From Mustelus asterias (lineage: Eukaryota): DNA of 64,000 nt. The notes beneath the pieces are model-generated. The model was not told where the DNA came from and made no database searches. It saw only the letters and a program-made list of their open reading frames with translations. The stretch is from the NCBI RefSeq assembly GCF_964213995.1, contig NW_027590226.1:124001-188000 (forward strand), read 5' to 3'. Positions 11,709 through 24,242 of this stretch are shown here, one piece after another. The translations under genes were made by a program, and so were the position numbers. The first letter of the stretch is position 1. Every line of letters starts with the position of its first letter.

Positions 11709-12937
11709 CACAATTCCATAAGACATGCCTGATTCAAATTTATCACACTTTTTGCAAACTAAACCGATGGAAGAGACTGCTACAACTACAGGCATATCTC
11801 AGTCATAACATCACGGGAAAGATCTTTGCTGGGGTCACACTTGAAATACATCATGTGCTTGCAGACCGGGTATATCTGATGTGCAGTGTAGTGATTGTGT
11901 TGGAAGATTTACTCCAGCCAACAACTTCTCGATGTTCCATATATATCCATATCTTTAACGTACTTCGGTCAATCTCGCGAAGACATTCACCACCGTCAGC
12001 AGGGCAAGGAATACAGGATTTTGGTGATAACTGGTTCTACACCAAAGCTCCTAATATCCATTCATGATACAAAAGCAATAACACACAATGACGAATGGTA
12101 GCTTAATGGGCAGCTCTTGTGGCCGAACTAACTTTTCAAAAATTGGCCTCCTCAATGATCAGAAAAGGTGACATATGTAAAGGAAGCCAATCTGAATTGG
12201 ATGTGTTTATTGTGTGTCCGTCATGCAGTGTAAATAGAAGGATACACGTGATCATTGTGGAATTAATTTGTATCAAACACGATGTATTTCACACAACACA
12301 CACACACACCAAGATGCTCAATTTGGGTCCCGCAAGGAGCACTCGATTCCAGAAATGATCTGGAAAGAGTCCAAATTTGGATTTTAAAAAATAAATTATA
12401 AAGTTGAATAGAGAGTGCCTGCCCTTGACATCGACACAGCGTCTGACCGTTTGTGGCATCAAGGAGCCCGAGCGAAACTGCAGTCAATGGGAATCAGGGG
12501 GAACAGAGTCCACTGCCTGAGTCATGCTGAGCACAAAGGAAGATGATTGTTGATGGCCAATCATGCCAGTCACACGCATTGCTGCAGGAATTCTTCAGGT
12601 TAGTGACCTAGCCCCAAGCTTCAGCCTTCATCAAATTTCAGAAGTGGGATTTTCACTGATGATTGCACATAGTTCAGCACCAGTCACAGCTCCTCAGATA
12701 CTGAAACAGTCTGTGTCCATTTGCAGTAAGACTTCGAAAACATTTAGTCTTTGGATAATGAATGACAAGGAACATTAATGCACCACAAGTGGCAAGCAAT
12801 GACAGTCTCCAATGAGGGAGATTCCAAACCACTCCCCATGACATTAAATGGCATTACCCATCGCTGAATTCGCCCACTATCAACATCCTGGGAATTATAA
12901 TTCGTGAAAATCTGAACGGAGACAGACGTTTAAATCA

Positions 12938-15237
12938 TGTCCGGTCAGGTCTTCAAAGTTTCGGTAAGGGAACATGTGGCAAATAGTGACCACAATTCTG
13001 TTAGCTTTAAGATAGTGATGGAAAAGGATAAGTGGTGTCCCAAGGGTAAGGTGTTGGATTGGGGGAAGGCTAACTTTAGTGGGATTAGGCAGAAATTGGC
13101 AGCTCTTGATTGGGAGAGGCTGTTTGAGGGTAAATCCACATCTAGCATGTGGAAGTCTTTTAAGGAACAGTTGTTAGGGCTGCAGGACAGGCATGTGCCT
13201 GTACAAAAGAAGGATAGGAAGAGTAGGATTCGAGAACCGTGGATAACCAGGGAAATTGAGGGAACTGGTCAAAAAGAAAAGAGAGGCGTATGTTAGGTTC
13301 AGGCAGCTAAAAACGGAGGGAGATCTGGAGGAGTACAAAGAAAATAGGAAAGAACTCAAACGGGGAATTAGAAGGGCAAAAAGGGGTCACGACATGTCCT
13401 TGGCAGACAGGATTAAGGAGTATCCCAAGGCATTTTATTCATACGTTAGGAACAAAAGGGTTGTCAGGGAAAAAATCGGACCTCTCAGGGACAAAAGTGG
13501 GGAATTATGCTTAGAGCCCAAAGAAGTAGGGGAGATCCTAAATGAATACTTTGCATCGGTATTCACAAAGGAGAGGGATGTGTTGACTAGGAGTGTCTCG
13601 GAGGGGAGTGTTGAACCGTTGGAGAAAATCTCCATTACAAGGGAGGAAGTGTTAGGTTTGTTAGAGAATATAAAGTCTGACAAATCCCCAGGGCCTGATG
13701 GAATCTGTCCAAGGCTGCTCAGGGAGACGAGAGATGAAATCGCTGGGCCTCTGATGTAAATCTTTGTCTCATCACTGGACACAGGTGAGGTCCCAGAGGA
13801 TTGGAGGATAGCTAATGTGGCCCCGTTATTTAAGAAGGGTAGGAAGGATAACCCAGGTAATTATAGGCCGGTGAGCTCGACGTCCGTGGTGGGGAAGTTG
13901 TTGGAGAAGATTCTTAGAGATCGGATATATGCGCATTTAGAAAGGAATAAACTCATTCACGATAGTCAGCATGGTTTTGTGAGAGGGAGGTCATGCCTCA
14001 CTAACCTGGTGGAGTTTTTTGAAGAAGTGACTAGAATGGTTGACGAGGGAAGGGCCGTGGATATCGTCTATATGGACTTTAGTAAAGCGTTTGACAAAGT
14101 CCCTCATGGTAGGCTGGTGCAAAAGGTTGGATCTCATGGGATGAAGGGGAGGTGGCTAGATGGGTGGAGAACTGGCTTGGTCACAGAAGACAGAGGGTGC
14201 TAGTGGAAGGGTCTTTTTCCGGCTGGAGGCCTGTGACTAGTGGTGTTCCGCAGGGCTCTGTATTGGGACCTCTGCTGTTTGTGATTTATATAAACGATCT
14301 GGAAGAAGGTGTAACTGGGGTGATCAGTAAGTTTGCGGACGACACAAAATTGGCAGGACTTGCAGATAATGAGGAGCATTGTCAGAGGCTACAGAAGGAT
14401 ATAGATAGGCTGGAAGTTTGGGCAACGAAATGGCAGATGGAGTTCAATCCTGATGAATGCGAAGTGATGCATTTTGGTAGAAATAATGTAGGGAGGAGCT
14501 ATACGATAAATGGCAGAACCATAAAGGGTGTAGAAACGCAGAGGGACCTGGGTGTGCAAGTCCACAGATCTTTGAAGGTGTCGTCACAGGTGAAGAAGGT
14601 GGTGAAGAAGGCATATGGCATGCTTGCCTTTATAGGACGGGGCATGGAGTATAAAAGTTGGGGTCTGATGTTGCAGATGTATAGAACGTTGGTTCGGCCG
14701 CATTTGGAATACTGCGTCCAGTTCTGGTCGCCACACTACCAGAAGGACGTGGAGGCTTTGGAGAGAGTACAGAGGAGGTTTACCAGGATGTTGCCTGGTA
14801 TGGAGGGGCTTAGTTATGAGGAGAGATTGGGTAAACTGGGGTTGTTCTCACTGAAAGACGGAAGATGAGTGGAGACTTAATAGAGGTGTATAAAATTATG
14901 AAAGGCATAGATAGGGTGAACGGTGGGAAGCTTTCCCCCAGGTCGGTGGTGACGTTCACGAGGGGTCATAGGTTCAAGGTGATGGGAGGGAGGTTTAACA
15001 CAGATATCAGAAGGACATATTTTACACAGAGGGTGGTGGGGGCCTGGAATGCGCTGCCAGGCAAGGTGGTGGAGGCGGACACACTGTGAACATTTAAGAC
15101 TTATCTAGATAGCCATATGAACGGAGTGGGAATGGAGGGATACAAAAGAATGGTCTAGTTTGGACCAGGGAGCGGCACGGGCTTGGAGGGCCGAAGGGCC
15201 TGTTCCTGTGCTGTATTGTTCTTTGTTCTTTGTTCTA
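12938..15237 (+). mobile_element. CR1-clade LINE, 5'-truncated, frameshifted ORF2 with reverse transcriptase
   Basis: [56 protein letters not shown]; (ttctttg)n tail. Confidence 0.96.
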
Positions 15238-15914
15238 TGTGGCCACACCAGCAGGTCAGACGCTCGGAGTTCTGCTGTGAACAACGCCCATCCTGAATTC
15301 CCAACTCCTATCCATCATCTGCAAGGCAAAAGACATGAGTATGAACAAATATCACAGAACAGTCAAGCACAGGAACAGGCCCTTCGGCCCACCAAGTCTG
15401 TGCCGACACAGATGATTGAATATTCTCTACTTGCCTGACTTGTGCCACTCAAAAGCTCAATATCATTCTGGAGAAAGTATCTGGCTCGAAGAACACACCA
15501 CCCACCAGCTTCCCAAAGCTTGCCACCACATTCTCAAAGGAATTCATGTTTTGGCAAAAAAGCTGACTTTCCCAGTGACATCAAAATGACAACAATTTTA
15601 AACATACCATATCTCTGCCTATATTCAACTAGCTTCTTCCTCTGTCTATTCCAGTAGGCTGTGCCTGGATCATATTCCAGGAGGTCATGTCTAAGCTATT
15701 TCCTGCACTTGGCTCAATATCAGGTGTTCGTATATGAGACACAGGCCCTGTTTTTATTATAATTTCTAAGTTATGGCGGTACTGAGCCATGCTTCTGCTG
15801 ATCTGACAAGAGGCCGTGTCTCGATTCTTACTGCCTCAGAACATTTGCCACTGCATACTAAACTGGAGCAACGCTTCATACATGACACATGGTTCTGTCA
15901 CAGATATTATGCTA

Positions 15915-16256
15915 ATAGAAACATAGAAACCCTACAGTGCAGAAGGAGGCCATTCGGCCCATCGAGTCTGCACCGACCACAATCCCACCGAGGCCCTACC
16001 CCCACATATTTTTACCCGCTAATCCCTCTAACCTACGCATCTCAGGACTCTAAGGGGTAATTTTTAACCTGGCCAATCAACCTAACCCGCACATCTTTGG
16101 ACTGTGGGAGGAAACCGGAGCACCCGGAGGAAACCCACGCAGACACGAGGAGAATGTACAAACTCCACACAGACAGTGACCCGAGCCGGGAATCGAACCC
16201 AGGACCCTGGAGCTGTGAAGCAGCACTGCTAACCACTGTGCTACCGTGCCGCCCCA
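15915..16256 (-). mobile_element. Full-length HE1-like SINE (tRNA head, CR1-derived tail)
   Basis: GGGGCGGCACGGTAGCACAGTGGTTAGC A-box, GGTTCGATTCCC B-box, tail gggccgaatggcctccttctgcactgtagggtttctatgtttcta. Confidence 0.92.
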
Positions 16257-16369
16257 AAATCTAATAGTTCATTAGATTTTGATAAACTAGATCCTGTTTA
16301 CGTTAATGCTGCACCCGTCCATGCATTTATTTATTTATGACTATGTCACGTCTCAGCTATAATTGCATT

Positions 16370-17700
16370 TTGCAATACCTCCTAATTGCTGCATTGTCCA
16401 TATCTCAGTGTGTATCAGTCTAGGCCCTTTACCAGTAATTATTGCAAATAAATTGGGCTCTGTCTCAGTTTACATCAGTCCAGGAACTGTATCAGTAATC
16501 ATTACTAATACACTGGACTCTGTCTCAGTTTACATCTGTCACTGTCCTGTATCTATTAGTAATTATTATTAATGGACTTGACTCCGTCTCAGTCTAAAGA
16601 AATTTAGGTCCAGTTTCATTAATTACAGGGCTCTGTCTCAGTTTATATGCAGAAGCTCCTGTGTCCAGTAAAACTGCACTAGACAGTGTCTCAGTTTTAT
16701 TTTCCTCGACATTGTCATATATCTTTGAAATGTTTGTTTCATGGGATGTGGGTGTCACTGAAAAGATCAGCATTTGGCCTTTGAACATCCCCACATGGCA
16801 CTCGGAATGAACCCATTTCTATTTTGCTGGATCAGGGCCCCGTTTATGTTACATTAGAGTCTGTCTCTGTTAATACACTGCTAGACTAGAAATCAGTTTA
16901 TATTGCACGAGCCACACTCTCTGGTTCAGTAATATTTGATCCTGACCCTGTACATATTTCACGAGACTGTGTCAGTGTTATGCCTGCACTTAACTTTGCC
17001 TCTATTTGAATTATGTCTGCATTCCTCCGCGGTTCTACGAGAAGAAGAGATATTATGTTGGATGAAAAACAGTGGTCTCTGGCAGGATTCTGAAACAGGC
17101 AGCATTGGATCGACAGTATTTGGTCAGTGCGGGCTTCCAGTGCTGAAGGACCTGTTCCTCTGCAGTAACTTTTCTTGTTCTTTGTTCTGTGTTGACAGTG
17201 CATGCTATACAGGTCTTAGTATCCATTTTCAATGCAGTCAGCAGAAGTAGATTTCAAATAACACTGCTTCTTTTCCAGTGCCCAAGACCTCATAGCATTC
17301 CATGTTCAGGAGGATGCAGAGAATTGTGTCCCCCTAAACATTTTCCTCATTACTGGCATTGTCCAGTGCAGTAAAACTGAGACCATGTCCAATGCAATAT
17401 AAACGTGGATAAGGTCAAGTGCAGGAATAAGACTCCATCTATTTTAATACAAACAGACAGGTCTAAATTAATACAAACCGACACAGCGTCTAGTTTGAAA
17501 TAAACTGAAACATGGTGATGCATAATATAAACAGGGACAAGGTCTAATTTAGTATAGTCAGAGAAAGCATCTCGTTTAATATGTGTACAGATAGGGTCCA
17601 GTGCAACATAAACCGAGGCATGACCTTATATAATAGAAGCTGACGCAGGGTAAATTTACTGTCTAATAAAGAGACTGGTTCAACCCCCATGAAATGTGGA
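16370..17700. repeat. Degenerate short-period satellite-like tract (gtctcagtttaca.. and its inverse)
   Basis: Recurring tgtctcagtt/ctgtgtc motifs; similar tracts at about 38.5-39.4, 40.8-41.1 and 46.1-46.9 kb. Confidence 0.5.
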
Positions 17701-18036
17701 GAGACGGCCTACTGCCTCATCAAAAATTCACAGGACGGGAGTAACATGGGGTTAGCGGTAAAGTTCCCCCATGCATTGCCAAATCTAACACTCCCAAGGC
17801 AGGAATAGCATGATTTAGATACAAAGTGAACCTCCCTTTCACTATCAAAATCAAACATTCCTGGAAAAGGCAGATTGTCTAGAAACAGAGTGAAACTCCC
17901 TCTACAAAGTCTGCTCAAACACAATGAAGGCATAGAGACCAGGGACTCTCTCCTAGGTAAAACCACTTGTGCATTTGTCCTTCAGAGAATCGGGAGGCAA
18001 GTTTGAATTGGTTTTCGGTAGAGGGGGAAGATCCCT

Positions 18037-18255
18037 CGGCACAGATATCAGAAGGACATATTTTACACAGAGGGTGGTGGGGGCCTGGAATGCGCTGCCA
18101 GGCAAGGTGGTGGAGGCGGACACACTGGGAACGTTTAAGACTTATCTAGATAGCCACTTGAACGGAGTGGGAATGGAGGGATACAAAAGAATGGTCTAGT
18201 TTGGACCAGGGAGCGGCACGGGCTTGGAGGGCCGAAGGGCCTGTTCCTGTGCTGT
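18037..18255 (+). mobile_element. CR1 LINE 3'-end fragment
   Basis: Near-identical to 15000-15215 (TDIRRTYFTQRVVGAWNALP). Confidence 0.92.
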
Positions 18256-19835
18256 ACAGGTCAGGTACAGCAGAGATTAGATACGGATTAAATCTCCCTC
18301 TACAAGTAATATCAAACATTCAAAGGGCAGGTACGTGAGTTTAGATGCAGACTAAATATTCCTCTACACTGTCCAGTCAAACAGTCCAAGGGCAGGGAAA
18401 ATTTCTTTGGTACTGCCACATCGAATCCTTGCTACGAGGTTAGATACAGAGGAAAATGTATAAAATATCCCAAGATCATAGAATGCTCAAGAGATCTTTT
18501 AGAGTAAATCTCCCTCATGGATTCCAATTCATTGCATTCCATTCCTTACAACTCTGGCTGAGAGAATACATTGGGCAACATTGAATTCAGGTTGTGGAGG
18601 GAAGACGATGAACTATCGTGAAGAGACAAGACTCAGAACCAGAAGGAGAAAGACAGAGAGAGAGAGATGAAACACAGGGAATTTCCACGAACACATTTGC
18701 CGTGTTATCACATTTCGGGATCAGAGGGATTCTTTGCTAATTCTGAACATAGATATTGTCATGATTATTTTTCTTCATATAATTGATGAATAACTAATGT
18801 ATAAAAACAATCATTTCTGGAATCCGTTGATCGATTTGCATGTTTGTCTCTATTTCTGTGCTGTGTTGGTGGGGAAATGTTTGTTGTGTTTTCGTCAGTC
18901 AACAATCTAATCTGGGATTTCTATTTCTGTGTTTATTTACATAAACACCTCACTGTTTACAATGAAATGTTCATGGCAGCAAAAACAGATAAACCGTCAC
19001 TTATTCATTCGTTTCAACTCAAAATAGCGGTTATTTTAAGAATATTAACAGTTGGTTCAAAATGAATAGAAACCTTTTTAACATACATTACACCAGATGC
19101 TATTTAATTAAATGAATAAATACATTCTAATTAAGAGTTTGTTCTGAAAGTTCTGATGTCACAATAAATAAAGTATCTGTGAACAGGCTGGTATTCCACT
19201 GAATGTTAATTTGATTGATGATCTAAATTGCTTCCACTCGACAAGTTAAAACAAAGAGAACTGATGTGTGAAATATTCCTGTCATAATTAGTGATCAGAC
19301 TCACACGAGGGAAGAATAAAAAATCCAGTGTGGTTATCACTAAGTGATACAAGTAGCATTGCTGCCTCACAGTGACAGGGAAGTGGGTTCGATTCCAACC
19401 TTGGCTGACTGTGTGTGGTTTTTCACATTTTACCATGTCCATGTGAGTTTCCTCCAGGTGCTCCGGTTTCCTTCCAAGGATGTACGGGTTAGGTGGATTG
19501 GTACGATAAATTGCTCCTTTGAGTCCAAGGGTGAGCAACGTAGAATCACAGAATCCCGACAGTGCAGAAGGAGACCATTCGGTCCATCAAGTCTGCACCA
19601 GCTGTCCAGCAGGGATCATTCCCAGGCCCAAGGTGGATTGGGGGTTCTAAATTGGCCCTTCGTGTCCAACGATTTGTAGGTTAGAGACATTAGCCTCTGA
19701 ATATGTGAGGTTGTCGGGATAGGGTGAAGGCAGGGCCTGGATAGGATGCGCTGCTGGAGAGCAGCTACAGACTTGATGGGCCGAATGGCCTCCTACTGCG
19801 CTGCACTGGATTCTATGATTCTGTCCTGCTATGAT

Positions 19836-20025
19836 CAGTAAGAAGTTTAACAACACCAGGTTAAAGTCCAACAGGTTTATTTGGTAGCAAAAGCCACACA
19901 GGCTTTCGAGCCTCGAAAGCTTGTGTGGCTTTTGCTACCAAATAAACCTGTTGGACTTTAACCTGGTGTTGTTAAACTTCTTACTGTGTTTACCCCAGTC
20001 CAACGCCGGCATCTCCACATCATCA
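19836..20025. mobile_element. Penelope-like terminal remnant forming a 151-bp palindrome, flanked by a 13-bp direct repeat
   Basis: Arms 19836-19910 / 19912-19986; ctgctatgatcag at 19826-19838 and 20026-20038; same terminus as the element at 57088. Confidence 0.85.
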
Positions 20026-20714
20026 CTGCTATGATCAGGCAGAGGAATGAATATATTCGCATTAATCTCTCAGCACTTCCAACGTATTGCAACTTTCATT
20101 TTGGTAGAGCTGACATTTATAGAACGCTTTACCCGACTTCATGTAGTCCCAAAGTTCTTAAAACTCACCAATGGACCTTTGCTGAATTTAGTCACCGCTA
20201 CCATGTTGCTAATACAACAGGTAATGTACGTACAACAAACTCCCACAAACCGAGATGTGATAAATTGCCAGTAAATTTGTGACTTTGTTTGAAGAATCAA
20301 TATTAAGGTAGGATATTGAGGAGAACTATAGAATTATATCAATGAGGTTTTGCATCCTGGCATTGAATTTCAATGTGAATCTTGTTCTCTCTCTGCTGAT
20401 GCACACTGACCTGCTGAGGAGCATTTGTGTTGCTTTAGTTTTAGATTTCCAGAATCGGCAGCACTTTACACTGTTGTTATTGATCCTCTGGATGTGAGCA
20501 TCACTGACAAAGCCAATATTTAGTTGTCCCTGCTGAGAAGGCGGGTGTGAACCACCTTGTTGAAACCTGCCCTCTGGATGATTTTATTATTTGTTTCTCC
20601 ATAGCAGCTTTGATACAACTGACTGGCCTGCCTGGCAATTTCAGTAGTGGTTAGAAGTCATTTTCATCATAGTAGAATTGGAGTCTATATAGGACAGATA
20701 GGGTGAAGATAGAA

Positions 20715-21215
20715 ATCTTCGGTTTCCACTTATTTCCAAAGAGAAGATGTCGTTTAAAGTATAAAATCAAATTACTGCGGATTCTGGAACTGAAACCAAA
20801 AGAGAAAATGTTGGAAAATCTCAGCAGGTCTGGCAATATTTGTGAGGAGAGAAAATAGCTGACATTTCGAATGTTTTGACAAAGGGTCATCTGCAATCGA
20901 AAAGTCAGCTCTTCTCTCTCCTTACAGATGCTGCCAGACTTGCTGAGATTTTACAGCATTTTCTCTTTCCGTTGTTTGAAGTGTCTTTGGGTGGAGTAAA
21001 TTGATTCTCAATCCCTGGGGTGGAGGAATTGTAGGTTGACCCAAGACTATCGTACTGAAGAAGACACTGTAAACACTGTTCAGGGACCTGTCGGACCCAG
21101 ACCATCCAGTTACTGCCAATATTGAACGCGTTGGCATTGCAGATCAGTCTCAAAGAGTTTCAGGGGCGCCCACTTTCTGCCTCTCGCTGACTCAACACAA
21201 CCTCCGATTCGACAC
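20715..21215 (-). pseudogene. IGHV: Orphan VH pseudogene
   Basis: VESEVVLSQREAESGRP*NSLRLICNANAFNIGSNWMVWVRQVPEQCLQCLL..FTPPKDTSNN; TGA at 21162-21160; acceptor CAG changed to CAA; FR3 split by an insertion; no YYC, RSS or leader seen. Confidence 0.93.
20761..20970. mobile_element. Palindromic Penelope-like terminal element inserted in pseudo-V FR3
   Basis: Inverted arms; diverged 12-bp target duplication gtcgtttaaagt 20749-20760 / gttgtttgaagt 20971-20982. Confidence 0.75.
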
Positions 21216-21234
21216 TTGTAAAAATATCTAAAAT

Positions 21235-21556
21235 CCTATGAAAATAAAACGCCACGCACTCCGTACATACTCTCTCACCTTATTCCATCGGGAACAAGAT
21301 ACAAAAGTCTGAGGACACGTATAAATCAACTCAAAAACAATTTATTTCCTGCTGCAATCAGACGTTTGAATGGACCTACGTCGCCTTAAGTTCATCTTTC
21401 TCTACACCCCAGCTATGACTGCAAAATTACATCATTCACTCTCTCCCTTCCGTCAATATATACGTTATGCTCTGACTGTATAGTGCGCAAGAAACAATAA
21501 TTTGCACTGTGTACTAATATATGCCACAATAATAAGTCAAATGAAATCAAATGAAA
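21235..21556 (+). mobile_element. Rex1/Babar-like LINE 3' end inside the pseudo-V leader intron
   Basis: PSGTRYKSLRTRINQLKNNLFPAAIRRLN; tail tcaaatgaaatcaaatgaaat; intron homology resumes at about 21557. Confidence 0.75.
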
Positions 21557-22299
21557 TATATCAAAAACACCAAGGATTATTCCCGGTGAATTGATTGCTG
21601 ACAATGGAACATTCCAGAGACAGACTAACCCGAGGGAGTAACAGTGAAATCCATTGTCATGTCTCTGCTAGTCCAAGAGTGAAATTGCATTTGAGCATCT
21701 GTTAGAGAAAATAAACAATTTCATTGTAAATTAAGTGCCTTTATTTCTGCACCTCTTCACAAGGGAATGGACATAAACAGATGACATTACATTATCAGGG
21801 TAAAGACGTCAGTCTGATTTGCAATAATTCTGTGTCTCTAACACATTACAGCGAAATATGATTCATTAGAAGAATTATTATCGATTTATGTAACTAAATG
21901 CTGGGATGATTGTGCTTCAGGTGTGGATAGCTATCACTGTAATTTGGGACTGGATATAAGAAGAAGGGAAGCAGTGGCCTCGCGTTATTATCGCTAGACA
22001 ATTAATCCACAAACTCAACTAATGTTCTCAGGACCCGGCTTCGAATCCCGCCACGGCAGATGGTGGAATTTAAATTCAGTAAAAAAGTCTGGAATTAAGA
22101 ATCTACTTATGACCATGATATCATTGTCGATTGTGTAAAAACCTACCTGGTTCATTAATGTCCTTTCAAGCAGGAAATATGCCGTCCTTACCTCATCTAG
22201 CCTACATGTGATTGCAGAGCCACAGCAATGTGTTTAGCTCTCAACTGCCCTCGACAATGGGTGGGCAATAAATATTGATCAGCCAGCGGCACCCATGTC

Positions 22300-22577
22300 C
22301 ATAGAATCCCTGCAGTGCAGAAGGGGCATATCGGGCCCGCACCGACAACGCTCTTCCCCAGGCCCTATTCCCATCCCTGCTAATTCACTTGATTCTATGG
22401 GACAATTCATCATCGCCAAACAACCTAATTGGCATATCTTTGGACAATGGGAGTAAACAGGCAGACAATTGGAGAATGTGCAGAATACACACAGACAGTG
22501 ACCCATTCCGGGAATTGAACCATCAGTCCTTGATGCTGTAAGTAGCAATGGTAACCACTATGCTACCGTGCCGCCCA
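22300..22577 (-). mobile_element. HE1-like SINE, diverged
   Basis: gggcggcacggtagcatagtggttacc head. Confidence 0.8.
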
Positions 22578-24242
22578 CTAATAAATTAACAAAATAAACT
22601 CCTTATCTGATACAATGTTACACCATATATTTCCCCAACAGCTCCTTAACCCTGTGAAAATTAACGGTGAAAGAAAACTTCTTGACTTACAATTAAGCAT
22701 TGAGTTGACAGAGAAACATAAAATTGACATTGACTTTTGACAAAGAAGCTAATGAATTAGAACGGAACACGGCAATCAGGAAAGTTCTCCTTCAGCATGC
22801 AAATCATGACAGTTCATTTTATTGGCGAGCAGCTGGTATTGGGAACACAGGATATCAGGACTTTGCGGCATAATACACAATATTACAAGAATAAATATTT
22901 TATCTTTCACTGAACCAGGTTATGAACTGGTCATTTCTTCACTCATTGGCAGTTATGAGAGGGACTGTTCAATAATTGAAATCAGATTATGCTGGACAAC
23001 AGAACACGTTATACATCAGATATAAGTTTTTAATGAGGTGCAGAACATTGAGAATATGCCCAAGTCCCCGCTGTTCAAGGTGGATATATGATTTTCTTTT
23101 AGTTTTAATGATTTTCATTTTTGTGCCTTTACACTGATCTCATGGGACTGAGGGATTGGGGACATTAGCATAAGTTGTTCATAAAGAGGCTTTAATTGTT
23201 GGAAGGACATTTCTTTGGAAGCTACACAAATGAAATAGCATCAAGTCAATTGACTAGTTTCCGATACTTTTTAATCACATAATGAAAAGTGCATTCATTT
23301 AACATATTTGCTTCGAAGAAAGAACATTTAAAATGTGCCTTTTGGGAATAAAACATTTATTGTATAACTGACGAAGTCCCATGTTATCCTTACAGATTCA
23401 CTTTAATCTGTCCTACGCAGTATTTGGCAACTGTCCAGCCTGCTGCCAAATACCCAAAAATATTTACAGGAAGCATCTGAGGGTGTTTGTTCAGTAAATC
23501 AAAAAGCTGTTTCCTCAGTACTGAACACTTGGCTGCAAGCCAACTTCAAACTCTTAGCATTGTCAATGGGGCTTATTTATAAACAAATCTACCCAGCAAC
23601 AGTACTGGAGGCAATTTAATTATTTTTAAGTTGCAAACATCTATGAATGTTTCCCATTTCTTCGGAAAAGAAAGTATTCAGCTTCTCTGGCACCTTGTTA
23701 GCAACAATAATGATCTCTCCAACACAACAAAACATTGATGGATGGATATAAAAAAAATACCGGCAGATTATGAGAGTTGATTCACAGAGGTGATATATTT
23801 TATACTAGATAAACATGTATGCTTGTGTTTTCTTTCACTTCATTCTTCCATGGGACGTGAGAATCTCTGGAAAGGCCAACATTTATTCCCTTTGCCTAAT
23901 TTCTCTTGAACTGAGTGGTATGCTAGGGCATCTCAGAAGGCATTGCCCAGTTAGTTATATTGCTGTCCATCTGCAGTCACATCCTGATGAGACCAGGTAG
24001 GGATGGCAGATTTCCTTCATTGGGGAATCAGAGAGGTTTATCTGGTCGCTGTCAGTATGTATTCCAGATTTATTGATTGAATTCAAATTCCACCAGCTGC
24101 CAGGGTCGGATTTAATTTCGTGTCTCCACATCATTGGCCTGGGCTTCTGGATTACTGGTACACTGGCATTAATATTACGCCACCATCTAACCAAAAATAA
24201 AGGAATGCTTGCGTTAGTGCAGGGATGAGGATAGTTGGATGC

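Noticed and set aside
11710-12200. Possible decayed V-domain in duplicated unique sequence (paralogue at 28400-28860)
   Set aside because: Only scattered resemblance across several frames; no Cys/Trp/YYC framework
12938-15237. Active or domesticated reverse transcriptase
   Set aside because: 5'-truncated with frameshifts and stops; ordinary CR1 copy
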